Part shown: positions 42,843-52,550 of the stretch, piece by piece
Layout: each line of letters starts with the position of its first letter
Numbering within the stretch: position 1 is the stretch's first letter
Made by a program: the position numbers and the translations under genes
Assembly: GCA_026707815.1 (NCBI GenBank)
Contig: JAPOWB010000006.1
Span: 3,830 to 67,829, forward strand
Length of the DNA stretch: 64,000 nt
Direction of reading: 5' to 3'
DNA from: Candidatus Saccharimonadota bacterium
GTDB taxonomy: Bacteria; Patescibacteriota; Saccharimonadia; Saccharimonadales; VXPC01
The notes under the pieces: generated by a model
Seen by the model: the letters and a program-made list of their open reading frames with translations, nothing else
Told to the model about the DNA's origin: nothing
The model's database searches: none

Positions 42843-44696
42843 TTAGATAGCTTCTGGTTGAGAATTATTTACTGTATTAGTTGGTCTTGTAGAACCACCG
42901 CTTAGACATCGACCATTGTCTGCTCTAATCTTGGTTGTGTCATGACAGCCATAAGGATTAAGTCGAATCTTTTCTATAACACTTAAATTTGCCCAATTAG
43001 CTGGCAAGACAACATCCGTCTCAGTGGTTGGCGTTGGATCCACTTCAGGGGGTTGTTGTGAATCTTCAGCTTCTGGTTGAGAATTATTTACTGTATTAGT
43101 TGGTCTTGTAGAACCACCGCTTAGACATCGACCATTGTCTGCTCTAATCTTGGTTGTGTCATGACAGCCATAAGGATTAAGTCGAATCTTTTCTATAACA
43201 CTTAAATTTGCCCAATTAGCTGGCAAGACAACATCCGTCTCAGTGGTTGGCGTTGGATCCACTTCAGGGGGTTGTTGTGAATCTTCAGCTTCTGGTTGAG
43301 AATTATTTACTGTATTTTCAGCCTCATCATTTTCATCATCAATCTCTGCTGATTCACTTATGTTGGACTCATCTTCTAAAACATTAGTCAAACCTTTAAC
43401 TTTAAAAGTTAATTTTATGGGTTGACCTCTTAAATATCGAGCATCCCCCTCAAGGAGCATAAAAGACTGGGTAATAGAAGCCGCTAATTCGGGGATAGTT
43501 AAAAAGAATTCGAAATTAGCCTCGGCTTGAGGGGCTACTGAATTTTCTTTCAAAACAATGCTCTTAGGGCATGCAGATTGCGTTGTTGGGGCAGTTTGGC
43601 AAATATGATTTTGATAACCATCAGCTTTGTAAGGGACTAAAGATACTTGTTGCTGATCTGAGACTTGATGCCAAGCCTGATTAGAAGTATTCGTGAATGC
43701 CACAGAAATATAGACCTGCTTTTGGGGGTCTACTGGAGTAGTTTCTAAATCAATCTCAGTTGTTTTGGTGAAATCAGTATAAACTGCCAGAGTTTTTAAT
43801 TTAAATTCATCACCAGTCTCTTCTTCAACCTCAGTAGTAGAAGTTCGGCTTGAGCCAAACCAATGATTGAAGTATGTCCAGAAATTCCGATTACCATAAC
43901 TGCTACAAGCATCTCCTTCACCATAAAAATTATCTAAAGCAGCTTGATTGGGTAAATAGGGAGTGTATAGGTATAAAGCTACTGTGGCTTCATTTTTTAA
44001 ATTTAAAACTGTAGAACCACAATTTCTATTGGGATGATAGTAAATAGTGTTATCACCTAGGCTATACCACCAATCATCCAAATTATCTAAATAATGTCGC
44101 AACTGCCAAGCCAGTCCATTAATTTGATTAATAAAACCCAAAGTTTTGCTATTGCAATCCGCATGATCAGGGCAACCATAACCGGTTGCTTTAGAGAATT
44201 GCCTTGGCCAAGGCCAGGTATCCGTTAATAAGCTTTGTTCCTTTTGTAAAACAGCTAATAAGACCTGAGGATTTATTTTATAAGTTTGAGCTGCTTGATA
44301 GATGATTTGAGCGGATGATTGTCCACCCTCAATATTAGTTGGGTCACCATTTTCATCAAATAAACCATAGTTATCTGCCCCAGTCTCGGGATTTTGCTGA
44401 TATTCCGCTAAACAAGTATAGGGAGGTATGGGTAGAGCTGCGTAGATGTTTTCATGATGATGTTCACAACCTCCGACTGAAGCTAAAGTTTCATTCAAGA
44501 AAGCTTGAATGTCTTCAGTTGTCATAGTTTCATAATCGGTAAAAACCTCATTATCAATAATATGTCCAGCATTAAACTGAGAAGTATCCAAATTAGCAGA
44601 CAAAGCACTCACTGAGCTCGAATTCAAGCTAATGAAACTAATCAACAAGAGGCTAATCAAACTTAGCCAAGATAAAGAAATAGTTCTATGATACAT
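42843..44696 (-). CDS. Secreted protein of a conserved family (possible cell-wall/glycan-active), with C-terminal 73-aa perfect tandem repeats
   Basis: Signal peptide. The N-terminal 300 aa carry motifs I recognise from a widespread secreted-protein family: FNAGHIIDNEVF...IQAFLN, SAQIIYQAAQTYKINPQVLLAVLQKEQSLLTD, GYGCPD, YLYTPYLPNQAAL, CSSYGNRNFW..F..WFG. The C-terminus holds 2.1 copies of a 73-aa unit. Confidence 0.6.
   Translation of the reverse strand: MYHRTISLSWLSLISLLLISFISLNSSSVSALSANLDTSQFNAGHIIDNEVFTDYETMTTEDIQAFLNETLASVGGCEHHHENIYAALPIPPYTCLAEYQQNPETGADNYGLFDENGDPTNIEGGQSSAQIIYQAAQTYKINPQVLLAVLQKEQSLLTDTWPWPRQFSKATGYGCPDHADCNSKTLGFINQINGLAWQLRHYLDNLDDWWYSLGDNTIYYHPNRNCGSTVLNLKNEATVALYLYTPYLPNQAALDNFYGEGDACSSYGNRNFWTYFNHWFGSSRTSTTEVEEETGDEFKLKTLAVYTDFTKTTEIDLETTPVDPQKQVYISVAFTNTSNQAWHQVSDQQQVSLVPYKADGYQNHICQTAPTTQSACPKSIVLKENSVAPQAEANFEFFLTIPELAASITQSFMLLEGDARYLRGQPIKLTFKVKGLTNVLEDESNISESAEIDDENDEAENTVNNSQPEAEDSQQPPEVDPTPTTETDVVLPANWANLSVIEKIRLNPYGCHDTTKIRADNGRCLSGGSTRPTNTVNNSQPEAEDSQQPPEVDPTPTTETDVVLPANWANLSVIEKIRLNPYGCHDTTKIRADNGRCLSGGSTRPTNTVNNSQPEAI
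42849..43316. repeat. Perfect 219-bp tandem repeat, 2.14 copies, in-frame within the CDS 42843-44696
   Basis: Unit starts at 42849, 43068 and 43287 were located by matching AGCTTCTGGTTGAGAATTATTTACTGTATT. Copies 1 and 2 read identically base for base. Copy 3 is the first 30 nt only. Confidence 0.95.
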
Positions 44697-44698
44697 AT

Positions 44699-45325
44699 TT
44701 AATCTTCTATTTTAATTAGTGATTCTAAAGATGTAATTCTTTTTGTTAATTTTAACAACTCTTGGTTATTTAATGTCTGCACTGTTGAGGTAACCAACCA
44801 AAAATTATTATTGGATATTTCTAAGTCTGCTAGGGAGCTTAAATCTAATTGCTTAAATTTGCAACCAGTTCTACCTTGTTGAGTGACAACTGTAGCAGTA
44901 GCAGTAGCAATTTGCATCTTTGAATCTTCTATTGTTAGACGGCAATTGTGAGCTACGAGATCACGCTGATCTAAAGTAAAAATGATGCCTATATCAGCAG
45001 TTTGATCATTTAGATTATGATTTACCGTAGTAAAGGCGATAAATTGCTCCGTTGATGATTCTATTGTTGATGTATTAGTTTTAAGATTTTCGGCAGTCAA
45101 TCTAGGTAAGTCCTCAATAGTTGAATATCGCTCGTTGGCTTCAACTAAAGAGGTTGAGTCAGCCTCAAGAGATTCTGTCGTAGGAGTCGATTCTTGGATT
45201 TCTTTCGAAGTATTTTCTAAGGTATGATCTTGAACATAAACATAAATACCATAGGCAATAAAACCCAATAAAACTATGATTACCAGATTAAATAATTTCG
45301 AAGACTTAGAGTTAGAGACAGACAT
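44699..45325 (-). CDS. Hypothetical membrane-anchored protein, upstream partner of the repeat-containing secreted protein
   Basis: N-terminal TM (LFNLVIIVLLGFIAYGIYVYV). Its stop lies 2 nt before the next gene's start. Confidence 0.4.
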   Translation of the reverse strand: MSVSNSKSSKLFNLVIIVLLGFIAYGIYVYVQDHTLENTSKEIQESTPTTESLEADSTSLVEANERYSTIEDLPRLTAENLKTNTSTIESSTEQFIAFTTVNHNLNDQTADIGIIFTLDQRDLVAHNCRLTIEDSKMQIATATATVVTQQGRTGCKFKQLDLSSLADLEISNNNFWLVTSTVQTLNNQELLKLTKRITSLESLIKIED

Positions 45326-45644
45326 TTTATGAGTTTTATGACATAAAAATTACTTTTGAAATCTCAAAAATGTGACAAGAAACCAAATTGTCTAATTTTG
45401 TTTATCGTAAATTTTATTTCTCAATGATTTTTAAAATCAGAATAATATTTTGTCATAATATCATTCTTTCATTGTTGAGTAAATAATTGGCTGACAAATA
45501 TCTAATAAATTGAATTTGATTAAGGGGATTGAATTTTAACGAATAAATTTTTTAAGAGTCTTTTTGCAGATATACGTTGGATCAAAGAGTTGATTTTTAT
45601 ATTTTTGAATACATTTTTAATCTGGTTTATCGTTTTCATAATTT

Positions 45645-45736
<92 letters not shown>

Positions 45737-45924
45737 TCTAATTACTGTATATTTTAATTCAAAACTCTGAAAAATCTATATAGATTAAAACATATTCTAA
45801 CTAAGAGATTCTACCATTAAATTTAATTTTTCATCAAATCAGTGTTAATATCTCGCTATCTTATGATGCTTTAATTTATAAATATTGTTAATATAAGCTT
45901 ATTGTCAATAAGTCATTCATCGTT

Positions 45925-46020
<96 letters not shown>

Positions 46021-46045
46021 CTGGATTTTATTAACTCATATTGTG

Positions 46046-46747
46046 ATGTTTAAAAGAATTTTGCGGTGGTTATTCTCTTTTAAGTACGGCTTGTTGATTT
46101 TCATTATTATCTCAGTAATTATTGCTTTCCTTTTGGGAGTATGGTCGGCAAAACAAGATATTTCAACTCCATATCGCACTCCCCCTGAAACCGAGCAGGA
46201 GAAACAATGGCGTCAATCTGGTCTATTATTAGTTGATGGCATCTATTCTGTTCCATCCGAAGTTAAACCAGGCATTTATCGCACTACTGGCAGAGAGACT
46301 AGTATCTACGGTTGCCGTTGGCAAAGATTATCTGGTTTTGGAGCAGAGCAAAACAATATTATTGTTGATTACAATGAACCAAGAGGTCGACCGACTATAG
46401 TTGAAATTGCTTTGACTGATAAGGGTTTTAAAACTCAAGGTTGTGGTCAATGGTATGCATCCTCTGTACCGATTACTGATAGTCAGACTCAATTTGGGGA
46501 TGGAGCTTATATCGTTGGTTTAGATATAGAGCCCGGCACCTATAGAAGTTCTGCCCCATGGGGATGTTATTGGGAGAGACTTAGTGGCTTTAATCGTTTG
46601 AGCTACAATGGGCGACTTTTCGGGCAAGATCAGGAGTTAATTGCTCACAGCTCAAATACCATTGCCACCATCCAGCCCAGTGACAAGGGTTTTATTTCTG
46701 ATGGTTGCCAAATGTGGGTTAAACAGAAATTATCATCAACAGATTGA
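46046..46747 (+). CDS. Membrane-anchored protein with two copies of a Cys-containing beta-rich domain (GxYR...CxWxRLSGF...GC..W)
   Basis: I moved the start to the ATG at 46046 because the ORF-track start lies inside tRNA-Ser. The two internal repeats are PGIYRTTGRETSIYGCRWQRLSGFGAEQNNIIV...GFKTQGCGQWY and PGTYRSSAPWGCYWERLSGFNRLSYNGRLF...GFISDGCQMWV. Confidence 0.5.
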   Translation: MFKRILRWLFSFKYGLLIFIIISVIIAFLLGVWSAKQDISTPYRTPPETEQEKQWRQSGLLLVDGIYSVPSEVKPGIYRTTGRETSIYGCRWQRLSGFGAEQNNIIVDYNEPRGRPTIVEIALTDKGFKTQGCGQWYASSVPITDSQTQFGDGAYIVGLDIEPGTYRSSAPWGCYWERLSGFNRLSYNGRLFGQDQELIAHSSNTIATIQPSDKGFISDGCQMWVKQKLSSTD

Positions 46748-46799
46748 ATGAGATTAAACTTCGTCCGTTGTTTACTTGCATTGATATAATCTAAATGTC

Positions 46800-47183
46800 A
46801 TGAAGTATAAATCAGAAAATTTAGAAGTTTATTTAAAAACAATTTCTAATCGTCATAAAAATTATCTGCCGACAGATATGATGCCGTACAAAGTTTTAAA
46901 TGAACAACACCTAAGTCGCCCCCTTTTTGACATGTGGGAGACTTCAATCGCTAATGGAGAGGGTTGGGTCGGCATAGTGATTCAAGATCAAATAGACAGC
47001 GATATAACCATTAAAGGTCAATATACTACTTATATTCACCAAGGCGAATATTCAAAGCTTGGGCAAACCTATCAACAAATTATGATTGATTATCCCCAAG
47101 CTTCAGAATTTTATAATGTTTATTTGAATGATCCTCAAATTACGGAGTCCCAAGATTGTCTAACTAAGATAGTATTTAGATAA
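46800..47183 (+). CDS. GyrI-like / effector-binding-domain-like small protein (tentative)
   Basis: The C-terminal FYNVYLNDPQITESQDCLTKIVFR resembles the GyrI-like domain ending (xYxNDPxxTPxxxxxTxIxxP). Confidence 0.4.
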   Translation: MKYKSENLEVYLKTISNRHKNYLPTDMMPYKVLNEQHLSRPLFDMWETSIANGEGWVGIVIQDQIDSDITIKGQYTTYIHQGEYSKLGQTYQQIMIDYPQASEFYNVYLNDPQITESQDCLTKIVFR

Positions 47184-47271
47184 TTTGATCTTAAGAGTCT
47201 AAATTTAGCCCTCTAATTGAACATCTATGTACAAAATTAGGCTTTATTATGTATAATAAAGTTAAATTATC

Positions 47272-48399
47272 ATGATTCAAAGGTTTATTACATCGCAAAT
47301 TGCTGATCGTTTAGGTAGGGGTAAAGTTATTATCGTAACGGGTGCCAGACAGGTTGGTAAAACTACCTTGACTCAAGAATTGCTGAAACAATATTCTCCA
47401 GATAAAATTTTAGTTTTTAATGGGGATAATTTAGAAGCTCAAAAGTTATCCAAAATGTCCAGCAATCAAATTAAAGCTATGATTACTGGCTATGACTGTT
47501 TACTGATAGATGAAGCTCATAAGATTAATCGTATTGGAGATATTGTTAAATCTTTGGTTGACGAGCTGGGGAGTAGTTTGCAGATTATCTTAACTGGAAG
47601 TAGTACTATTAACTTGATAGATAACACCAAAGAACCCCTAACAGGTAGAAAAAGAGTTTTTGAGCTTTTCCCAATCAGTATTGGAGAAATGAACCTAAAG
47701 CCGCCTGAATTGCAACAAGAATTGGATACCATTTTACGATTTGGATTATATCCAGAGATCGTCAATGAAATTAGTTTTCAAGATAAACAAGAAGCTTTAC
47801 TAGAACTAGCTCAAAGCAGTATTTATCGAGATGTCTTGGATATTACCGGAACCCGAGCTTTTGGTGATTTGGTGGCTTTGTTGCGATATTTAGCCCAAAA
47901 TATCGGTCAAACTCTAAGCATTAATGAGGCCAGCAGTAAATTAAGTATTGATCGGCGAACGATTGATCGTTATATTAATCTTTTGATTAAAAGTTACGTT
48001 GTTTTCTCTCTTTACCCATATTCCAAGCGAGGTAGCATTAGTCGAGCTTATAAGGTTTATTTTTGGGATATTGGTATTAGGAACGCCCTAGCAGAGGATT
48101 TGACTGAAGTTAATCTACGACAAGATCGTCATGTGATTTGGCAAAATTTTTGTATCGCCGAAAGATTAAAGCAAATTAAATATCAACGCATCTTAAGTCA
48201 TCACTATTTTTGGAAAAGCTATGATGGAGCAGAGGTAGATCTGGTGGAGCTAATTGGTCAAGATTTATATGGCTTTAGATTTAGTTATGAGACTAAAAAT
48301 TTGCGACCTAGTACTGTTTTTCAAACCTTAAATCCCAAGTCCCAAGAGATTATTAATACCCAAAACTTTATTTCGAGTAGTTTTTGTCAGTTTTCTTGA
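47272..48399 (+). CDS. AAA-family ATPase with a DUF4143-type C-terminal domain
   Basis: Walker A GARQVGKTTL and Walker B CLLIDEAH. The 375-aa length and a C-terminal winged-helix plus restriction-endonuclease-like region are typical of the AAA_14/DUF4143 architecture. Confidence 0.7.
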   Translation: MIQRFITSQIADRLGRGKVIIVTGARQVGKTTLTQELLKQYSPDKILVFNGDNLEAQKLSKMSSNQIKAMITGYDCLLIDEAHKINRIGDIVKSLVDELGSSLQIILTGSSTINLIDNTKEPLTGRKRVFELFPISIGEMNLKPPELQQELDTILRFGLYPEIVNEISFQDKQEALLELAQSSIYRDVLDITGTRAFGDLVALLRYLAQNIGQTLSINEASSKLSIDRRTIDRYINLLIKSYVVFSLYPYSKRGSISRAYKVYFWDIGIRNALAEDLTEVNLRQDRHVIWQNFCIAERLKQIKYQRILSHHYFWKSYDGAEVDLVELIGQDLYGFRFSYETKNLRPSTVFQTLNPKSQEIINTQNFISSSFCQFS

Positions 48400-48575
48400 T
48401 AATCAAGAACTTTAGTGGACACAATTTTGTTTTGATCAAAGTTTTCAAATTCTTGCAACATGACAAGATTCATCAAAAAACTAATATCTGCTTCTTCGTC
48501 TAAATCTTCAAAAGAATCCCTCGGATTTTCTTGATGAGGCAGTTGAGACTGATGATCAAACTTAAATTTTTCCAT
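48387..48575 (-). CDS. Small acidic hypothetical protein (62 aa)
   Basis: ORF only. It lies 22 nt downstream of the HTH-HAD gene on the same strand. Its 3' end overlaps the convergent ATPase gene by 13 nt. Confidence 0.25.
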   Translation of the reverse strand: MEKFKFDHQSQLPHQENPRDSFEDLDEEADISFLMNLVMLQEFENFDQNKIVSTKVLDYQEN

Positions 48576-48597
48576 TATTATTCTTTACATTCAGCTC

Positions 48598-49482
48598 TCA
48601 ATCTTGGTTAGTTCGCCCCAAAAAAGCTTGGAAGCTTTCTAAAAAGTCATGTTTATTATGTTGAGGCAAGATATGATATCCATGCCAACCTTGATTTTGA
48701 GCCATCAGAATATTAATCGATCTATCATCAACCAGCAAGATTTCTTCAGGCTCAACTGAAGCTTTATTTTGAGCGTAGGCATAAATTTCTGGTTGGGGTT
48801 TAATTAATCCAACTTGGCTGCTATCAACGATAACATCATAATTTTTGGGGATAATATTATTATTAATCAACAGGGGTATATTGCCCGGAAAAGCGTTACT
48901 TAAAAGACCGACCTTATATTCTTTCATTGCCCATCGGCAAGCTTTTTGTATAGCTGTATTTGGCAGGGTTGTTTCTATGTATAATTTACTCCAGTCAGTG
49001 CCTCTTGTCTGAAAGGCTTGATCGATTACATGATTAAATTCCTGAATACTTATCTGTCCTCGACATAAAGGTTCATTATATCTCAACCAAAGTTTTTCCA
49101 TTTTCACTAATGGAATACCCAATTTAGCAGTGATACTAGCTATCATGCTAGTTGAGGAATTAATTAAAACTTGATGGACATCAAAATAAATAAATTTAAT
49201 TCGTTTATTTTGTACCTTATTATAATCATCTGTTCGAATATTTTTTAATGCTGTATCAACGGATAAATTTCTGTGATTAGTTAATAAATCTTCAATTTGC
49301 AAGTTGGTTGCTTGAGCAATCTTAAAGACTGTGAAAATATTAGGTTTTTTAATGGCTCCTCTTTCTATTTTGGTTAAAGTTGAATAAGCAATGCCAGTCT
49401 TAGAACATAATTCTAATTGTGTTAAATTGCTAGATTTTCGAGCTTTAGCTAGAGCTTGACCGAGAGCTATGAAATTATTCAT
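48598..49482 (-). CDS. XRE-type HTH domain fused to a HAD-superfamily hydrolase-like domain
   Basis: N-terminal HTH (LTQLELCSKTGIAYSTLTKIERG). The HAD-like motifs are IYFDVHQVL (motif I, with His in place of the second Asp), GLLSNA (motif II), and K..P.IY...LLVDD (motifs III/IV). Confidence 0.55.
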   Translation of the reverse strand: MNNFIALGQALAKARKSSNLTQLELCSKTGIAYSTLTKIERGAIKKPNIFTVFKIAQATNLQIEDLLTNHRNLSVDTALKNIRTDDYNKVQNKRIKFIYFDVHQVLINSSTSMIASITAKLGIPLVKMEKLWLRYNEPLCRGQISIQEFNHVIDQAFQTRGTDWSKLYIETTLPNTAIQKACRWAMKEYKVGLLSNAFPGNIPLLINNNIIPKNYDVIVDSSQVGLIKPQPEIYAYAQNKASVEPEEILLVDDRSINILMAQNQGWHGYHILPQHNKHDFLESFQAFLGRTNQD

Positions 49483-49567
49483 GTATTACTTTTACCACCA
49501 TTAAATTTGTAATACCAACATCTTAATCTATATTCTATGTAGCTATTTTAACATAAGCTGTTTTAAT

Positions 49568-52150
49568 TCAATCTATAGTTTTAAGAGCTTGTCTCAGTTG
49601 CTGAAGCTGTCTGTTGATTAATTGGCAACGTTCAGTGGTTTCTTTCAGATGTAGGCTGGATTCCTTAATTAAAGATTTTGGGGCTTTAGTTAAATATAAG
49701 GGATTATCTAGTCTTTGCTGGAGTTGTTGCATAAGTCTTTGTTGCTTGTTTAATTCTTGATTTAATTCTCGATGTTTGTGTTTTAGGAGATTGAGAGGTA
49801 ATTGAAGCCAACCTTGCAGTTTGGATTGCTGGAGATTTAATCCTTGCGCATCTGTTTCAGCTAGTTTTACAATTCTTATTTGAGTTAATTGTTGAATTGA
49901 ATCCATTGTTGATTGATGGATTTCAAAATCATCTGATTTCAAATAAAGACTGGTTTGCTTACGAAGATTTAGCTCTAAAAGTTGCCTAACATCAATAATG
50001 AATTTTTGGACATCAATAAAAATTTCAGCATCAACAGGATCATAAGTCAATCTAGGCATTTCTTCAGTATAAGTAATTAATAAAGGTTGTTTTTTATTGG
50101 CATATAACTCTTGATATAAGACTTCACTGACAAAGGGTGTCCAAGGATGAACTAATTTTAAAGTTGCTAGGAAAATATAGTGGAGTAAATTATTATTGGG
50201 TTGGTTTTTAGAAATTTCTAAAAACCAATCAGCTAAGTCATGCCAGATAAATTTATAAATACTGTCCCATGCTAAATTTAATCTGTAAGCTTGAAGTTGC
50301 TTATCAGTTTCTTGACAAGTATCATAGAGGCGTTTAAGAATCCACGCTTCAGCAGGAGTTTTTATGTCCGCAGATAAAGAAGTAGTCTGAGCTATTGTTT
50401 GAATATATCTGCCTATATTCCAAAGTTTATTACAAAAGTTACGTCCCATAGTCATTTTACTTAGACCAAATGGTTGGGGTTGTCCAGGAGTGACCCCGCT
50501 TATTAGAGCTAATCTCAGGGCATCTGAGCCATATTGTCCAACCATATCTATAGGATTGATGACATTACCCATTGATTTACTCATTTTTACCCCTCGTTCA
50601 TCAACAACCATCCCATGCAGATAAACATCCTTGAAAGGTATCTCCTGTGTGACGAATAGACTAAGCAGGATCATTCGACTAACCCAAGCTCGTAGCAAAT
50701 CCACTCCTGTTTCCATTAAACTAGTTGGATAATATTGAGGATTCTTTTGATAATCTAAACTGGCATATGGCCATTGGCTAGAACTCCACCAAGTATCAAA
50801 GACATCAGGATCTCTGCGGTAAGTCTGATTTTTAATTTGAATTATTTTCTGATCAACTCGCTCATCATAAACCCATTGACCGGGTTGTTCTACATTTTCA
50901 AACACTGGTATGGGAATACCCCAAGCAATTTGTCTAGAAATATTCCAATCTTGAAGATTATTCCAATAGGTAATCAATTCTTGTTTCTTCCCTTTAGGGT
51001 AAAAGGTAATTTTATTCTCTTTCAAAGCTTTAAGTCCAACTTGAATTAAAGGCCCCATTTTAACAAACCACTGATCCTTTAAAAGGGGTTCGAGTATTTG
51101 ACCACATTTATAGCAGTGAGCGACAACATTTTGATATGCTTCCTCCTTATTCAAAAGACCCAGTTCTTCCAAATCAGCTAGCACTAATTGGCGAGTTTCT
51201 AGCACTTTATGGTTACTATACTTCTCAGGAACTGCTGAGGTGAATTTACCTTCAGTATCAATAATTTCTAGAATCTTTAAATTATGGCGTTGCCCAATTT
51301 CAAAATCTAAGAAATCACTTCCAGGAGTAATCTTAACAGCTCCCGTCCCAAAATCTTTTTTAACAGCTTCATCAGCAATTATGGGGATTACACGATCTGT
51401 TAAGGGTAAAATCACTTTCTGACCAATTAAATTCTGATAACGTTGATCTTTCGGATTAACAGCGACTGCCATATCACCGAGCATAGTTTCAGGTCTAGTA
51501 GTTGCGACTGTTATCATTGTATTTTTGTTTTCTAAGGGATAATTAATATGCCAAAGATGAGTTTCAGTGGTTTGATATTCAACTTCTCGATCAGCAAAGG
51601 CAGTACCATGATTTACACAATAATTGACCAGTCTCTTAGCTCTGTAGATTAAATCTTTCTGCCACATTTTATGAAAAATTTTATAAGAGGATTTAACGAT
51701 TTTGTCATCTAGAGTGAAGGTAAATTTTTGCCAATCACAACTAATCCCCAACTGACGAATCTGATTTTCCATATTAAAGCGATTTTCTTCGACAAATTGA
51801 TATACCTGTTTATATAGTTCATCTCGATTGAAATCAAATCGGCTTTGACCTTTAGCATTTAGATGTTTTTCATACAAAGCCCAAGTTTCAAATCCTGCGT
51901 GATCAGCTCCTGGCAAAAGTAAGACCTCATAACCCTGCAATCTTTTATGTCGACCAATGATATCCTTGATTTGAAAATCTAAGGCATGTCCAACATGTAG
52001 ATTAGCATTAGCGTTAGGTGGGGGCAGGGTGATAACGAAGGGTATTTTTTTATTTTTTGTTTTGATGGGTTGAAAACCTTGAGCTTGCTCCCATTTCTTA
52101 TAGATAATGGACTCCCAATGGTTGGGCTGATATATTTTATTTAAACTCAT
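49568..52150 (-). CDS. valS: Valine--tRNA ligase
   Basis: PPPNANANLHVGHAL (HIGH-type), VKMSKSMGN (KMSKS), 860 aa, and a C-terminal coiled coil. Confidence 0.95.
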   Translation of the reverse strand: MSLNKIYQPNHWESIIYKKWEQAQGFQPIKTKNKKIPFVITLPPPNANANLHVGHALDFQIKDIIGRHKRLQGYEVLLLPGADHAGFETWALYEKHLNAKGQSRFDFNRDELYKQVYQFVEENRFNMENQIRQLGISCDWQKFTFTLDDKIVKSSYKIFHKMWQKDLIYRAKRLVNYCVNHGTAFADREVEYQTTETHLWHINYPLENKNTMITVATTRPETMLGDMAVAVNPKDQRYQNLIGQKVILPLTDRVIPIIADEAVKKDFGTGAVKITPGSDFLDFEIGQRHNLKILEIIDTEGKFTSAVPEKYSNHKVLETRQLVLADLEELGLLNKEEAYQNVVAHCYKCGQILEPLLKDQWFVKMGPLIQVGLKALKENKITFYPKGKKQELITYWNNLQDWNISRQIAWGIPIPVFENVEQPGQWVYDERVDQKIIQIKNQTYRRDPDVFDTWWSSSQWPYASLDYQKNPQYYPTSLMETGVDLLRAWVSRMILLSLFVTQEIPFKDVYLHGMVVDERGVKMSKSMGNVINPIDMVGQYGSDALRLALISGVTPGQPQPFGLSKMTMGRNFCNKLWNIGRYIQTIAQTTSLSADIKTPAEAWILKRLYDTCQETDKQLQAYRLNLAWDSIYKFIWHDLADWFLEISKNQPNNNLLHYIFLATLKLVHPWTPFVSEVLYQELYANKKQPLLITYTEEMPRLTYDPVDAEIFIDVQKFIIDVRQLLELNLRKQTSLYLKSDDFEIHQSTMDSIQQLTQIRIVKLAETDAQGLNLQQSKLQGWLQLPLNLLKHKHRELNQELNKQQRLMQQLQQRLDNPLYLTKAPKSLIKESSLHLKETTERCQLINRQLQQLRQALKTID

Positions 52151-52545
52151 TTACTTTTCTTGTTATTGGTGGTTTCTTGAAATTTTAAAGCCAAGCTATT
52201 GATACAATATCTAGTCTTGGTCGGAGTATCATAAGCATCTTTAAAAACATGTCCTAGATGGCTTTGACAACTCCGACACAGCACTTCAGTCCGTTTAAGA
52301 TTATGGGAATGATCTACTCGCTTTAAAATAGCTTGTTGATTAATAACCTTAAAAAAACTTGGCCAGCCAGATTTTGCATCAAATTTATGTTGGCTACTGA
52401 AAAGCTGTTGCTGACAAGCTCCACAGAGATAAAGCCCCGCCTTTTTGTTGTAGAGCAGTTTTCCGCTACCCGGTACCTCAGTTTGACTTTGCCTTAAAAC
52501 TGCATATGCTTGAGAGCTTAGCTTGTTACTCCAATTATCTTGCAT
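52147..52545 (-). CDS. msrB: Peptide-methionine (R)-S-oxide reductase MsrB
   Basis: Two CxxC pairs (CGACQQ, CRSCQSHLGHVF) and RYCINS with the catalytic Cys. Its stop overlaps the valS start. Confidence 0.9.
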   Translation of the reverse strand: MQDNWSNKLSSQAYAVLRQSQTEVPGSGKLLYNKKAGLYLCGACQQQLFSSQHKFDAKSGWPSFFKVINQQAILKRVDHSHNLKRTEVLCRSCQSHLGHVFKDAYDTPTKTRYCINSLALKFQETTNNKKSK

Positions 52546-52550
52546 AATAT

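Noticed and set aside
42849-43316. Possible CRISPR-like or non-coding repeat array
   Set aside because: The 219-bp units are directly adjacent with no spacers, they maintain one reading frame, and they encode a repeated protein domain. This is a coding tandem repeat, not a CRISPR array. No CRISPR-like short repeat-spacer pattern was seen anywhere in the window.
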